A DNA stretch of 64,000 nucleotides from Ylistrum balloti (taxonomy: Eukaryota), in assembly GCF_031769215.1 (NCBI RefSeq), contig NW_026781970.1, forward strand, positions 2,790,001-2,854,000. The letters run 5' to 3'. Numbering within the stretch: position 1 is the stretch's first letter; every line of letters starts with the position of its first letter. Shown here piece after piece: positions 61,081 through 64,000 of this stretch. The notes under the pieces were generated by a model, which was given only the letters and a program-made list of their open reading frames with translations, was not told the origin of the DNA and did no database searches. Position numbers and translations under genes: made by a program.

Positions 61081-62276
61081 CTACTTGACTTTAGCTGTAC
61101 TAGGTGGTGTAATTGGGTCAAGCTGAGCTGTCTTGACCTTCATAGGCACAGCCTGTTTCATCATGGCCTCATATTTGAGAGCATTTTGTTTACGTTCCTC
61201 TTGCAGCCAGTACAACATCTCAATCCTATCCCACTTCATCTTTTCTTCATATGACCGTCCCTGAAAAGGACAGGAATCAAAGCATGCATGATCTGGAGTG
61301 TAGTGGTATCAACAAATCCAGCAATCATAGATAAAATACATGAAATACCATTCCACCACCCACAATATCCTAAAATTTTTTTATTCTATATCAACAGCAT
61401 CCTTTGAAATATACATTGGGACTAGGTAAATCCTAGAGAGGTAGTTATTGGAAAACAAATTAAATTCATGTAGTGAATATATTCAAGGGATAAAGAAATG
61501 CGGTATAGAGATGAGATTCTCTGACCCCATGTTGTCCCATTATTGCAGCAAAACTACCTCACATTCCGGTAGGATAATGCTTGACCCCATGTAGCGAGGA
61601 TCTGTTGCGACTTTCTCACTAACAACAATATCCACCCACTGAACTGGCTGCCATACAGCCTCGACCTATCCCCTATTGAGCACTTGTGTGACCAGCTGGA
61701 AAAACAGGTTTGATAATGCCAGCCTCTCCCTGTTACTCTGGCCCAACTGAGTGCAGCCCTCTTGGAAGAACGGGCCAACATCCCAATGAGGAGGATAAAC
61801 TCACTCATGAACCCCATGCCTAGGAGAATCAGGGCTGTGGAAAGAGTAAATAGGGGAAGCTCCCACAATCAGTCCATTTTGGTTTCTGATTACAGAGTTC
61901 TCTTTCAATTCCCTTCAATTACTCCTAAATCACTTACCAATTAAAAACCGTTGATTTTGCAGTTTGTTCTATATGGATAAATCTTCATGTTTACTTAAAA
62001 ATATCGAACATTATGCTCGACATCTTGCCTAGAATCATCTTCAAAGTTTACCCTGCATTTCTTTATCCCTTGAGTATAGTTTAATTTTCACATTTTTGAA
62101 CAAACAATTAAATAAAAATGTCTTCTCATAAAAGTAAGGAAGAATTGCAGAAGTCAGCAGAAATTTGAAACAGTATCAAATCAATAAGACCTTACCTTGT
62201 ATGTGATGATATCTTGAAAGTGTTGCGTCATATAATCTATCTCAATTTTTATCTCTCGGTCATAATAATCAATTCT
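61081..62276 (-). CDS. Last two coding exons of an unidentified protein gene entering from beyond the window end
   Basis: Exons 62276-62196 (81 nt, CAG|...AAG|GTAAGG) and 61260-61081 (180 nt, TTTTCAG|...TAG); RIDYYDREIKIEIDYMTQHFQDIITYK-GRSYEEKMKWDRIEMLYWLQEERKQNALKYEAMMKQAVPMKVKTAQLDPITPPSTAKVK*. Confidence 0.75.
61480..62076 (+). mobile_element. Internally deleted Tc1 (DD34E) DNA transposon, 597 bp
   Basis: TA duplications at 61478-61479 and 62077-62078; 22-bp TIR TA(T/C)TCAAGGGATAAAGAAATGC; left TIR fused directly to mid-transposase sequence. Confidence 0.85.
61501..61870 (+). pseudogene. Tc1 transposase C-terminal half with in-frame stops
   Basis: One frame: RYRDEIL*PHVVP...TFR*DNA*PHVAR...WLPYSLDLSPIEHLCDQL...LLEERANIP; 34 residues between the D of DNA and the E of SPIE. 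Confidence 0.85.
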
Positions 62277-62358
62277 CTGTGAAAGAAAGAATTATCACTT
62301 AGTACAAGCTGAAGAAAAATTTGATAGTTATTCCTAAATTTGGAAACTTGACTTAAAA

Positions 62359-62928
62359 AACAAAGTCTCACTGGCCTTGATGGCTATCTGACTAACTATG
62401 AAGAAACAGGTGTACATGTACCTGCAGTATCACATGATTTTACAGAAGCAATACAGTGTAATGTGCATCAAAATGTATCCAGACTCAGAAATTTCACAGT
62501 TTAACTGCCTTGACACAAGGATGGCTAGTTAACAGATGTCAAATATATACCTGGTCATTTTCTTATATACACTATAGTCAATTTCACCCCCTCCCCAGTG
62601 GGGAACTAGATGCAGGGCAACTTGGAACTTCACAATATTGGTTAAGCCCTTGATCGCTGTGAAAGAATTTTAGTTCTGACATTTCTAATCATTGGGAACA
62701 GGTGTCTTTTTTTTGGGCCCCTAATGGCCCCTTCCCTGGCTTCCTAGAAGTCCAGATTTATCAATTTCACAAACTACTTTGCCCAAAATAATGTTTGGAG
62801 CCAAATATGATTAAAATTAGTCTACTAGTTTTCAAGATGTTGAAAAATGTGAAGAATTAAGTTTACATTCAGTGAACGGAACACACTGATGATTTCTTAT
62901 CCTGACCCTTTGAGTCAGATGATCTTAA
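62359..62928. mobile_element. Helentron/HINE-like relic
   Basis: Start AACAAAGTCTCACTGGCCTTGATGGCTATCTGA and end hairpin CCTGACCCTTTGAGTCAGATGATCTTAA resemble the ends of the 31365-32312 element. Confidence 0.45.
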
Positions 62929-64000
62929 CATGCATTTAATGTGTATATATCTAAATGATATAAGTTGATGAAATTTGATCCTGTTTGCAAAGTGTTTCAG
63001 TCTCATCGTCATATTTTGATGAGATAGCAAAACATCCTTGTGACCCAAATCTATTGTCATTTATGAATGGACGTTTAGGTAAGATTTTCATAATCAAGAG
63101 AGATAGCTACACAACAATATGTGGGTTTATACTTAGTTTGTACCAGTGTGTGGTGAGATCGACTGCTGCTGATGATGAATGTTTTATATCTGGACTATAT
63201 ATGGCATGCACTGTAAGGAACTAGTAATTATGTGGGAACATTAAACAAGACAGATTATCAATGACAGGTGCTTGATTAAGTTATACATTACACACCATCT
63301 GGGACCTAGTTTTTATGATATACTCATACATCAGCTCTCCATTGCACTGACACAATTATTTTATCACATATTTTTTTCATCTTTTTTACAGTCTCTACCA
63401 GTAGGTTTTATTCTGTAGTGTATGAACACGTAATTCAGTTAATACTGTCAATAGTTATCAGATGTTTCTGTTATGGGGATTGCTACAATCTTAAATGAAT
63501 ATATCAACTTGTTATTCAGCCAATGCTATCCTTAATATTCTAGTCTATAACAACCTGGTGCCTATCACACTGTAATAGTGTAAACAGATTAACAAGAGTC
63601 TGGCTGAACAAGTCTAATGATATCCGAGTGCCAAACAATAGAGTGAGTTGTCTTGATCCAACTGGCCAAATGAGTAAGTTACATTGGGTAGTCTAAATGA
63701 TGATTAATGCCCCTATGTCAGCAACTCTCACTTGAATATTAACTTATCTGAGAAATACTCCAGACAATGATCGTGTGTTTTTATTGATATAAAAGCTTTA
63801 GAAGTTCACTCTTTGTAAAAAAGTCTTTATTTATGATCAATTGCCAAACCAAAGTTGGAAAATCCTTTACATGTTTATGTGAGAGTTCCCTATTTACCAT
63901 AAACATGTATACTACACAGCAAGACCTGGAATAACTACACACCTGCATTCTTCCTACGATATGACGACACAAGTGTACAGCACATGCAACTTAACACTTT

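Overview
AT-rich, intron-rich eukaryotic (animal) genomic DNA; repeat content suggests a bivalve mollusc (inference, not proven). Six protein genes can be reconstructed by hand from splice sites and reading phase: UBAP2/UBAP2L-like (-, runs off the left edge), AP5B1 (+, 25 coding exons), TM2D3 (-) head-to-head with PTS (+, GC-AG first intron), an archaemetzincin (AMZ2-like, +, intronless CDS) and the last two exons of an unidentified gene (-). Mobile DNA: an intact, very young Ty3/Gypsy (Mag-type) LTR retrotransposon (158-bp LTRs, one mismatch, GAAGG TSD), a TTAA-flanked Kolobok-type deletion derivative in PTS intron 1, a Tc1 (DD34E) deletion derivative, several Helentron-like relics and minisatellites. 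The least obvious signal is a set of three minimal type-I hammerhead ribozyme motifs of the Penelope-like-element kind (two families): one at the centre of a 188-bp fold-back, a sister copy in TM2D3 intron 1, and one decayed copy belonging to a Penelope-like GIY-YIG relic that the Gypsy element has inserted into. No rRNA, tRNA or CRISPR array was found. All homology calls are from recognition of motifs, not database searches.
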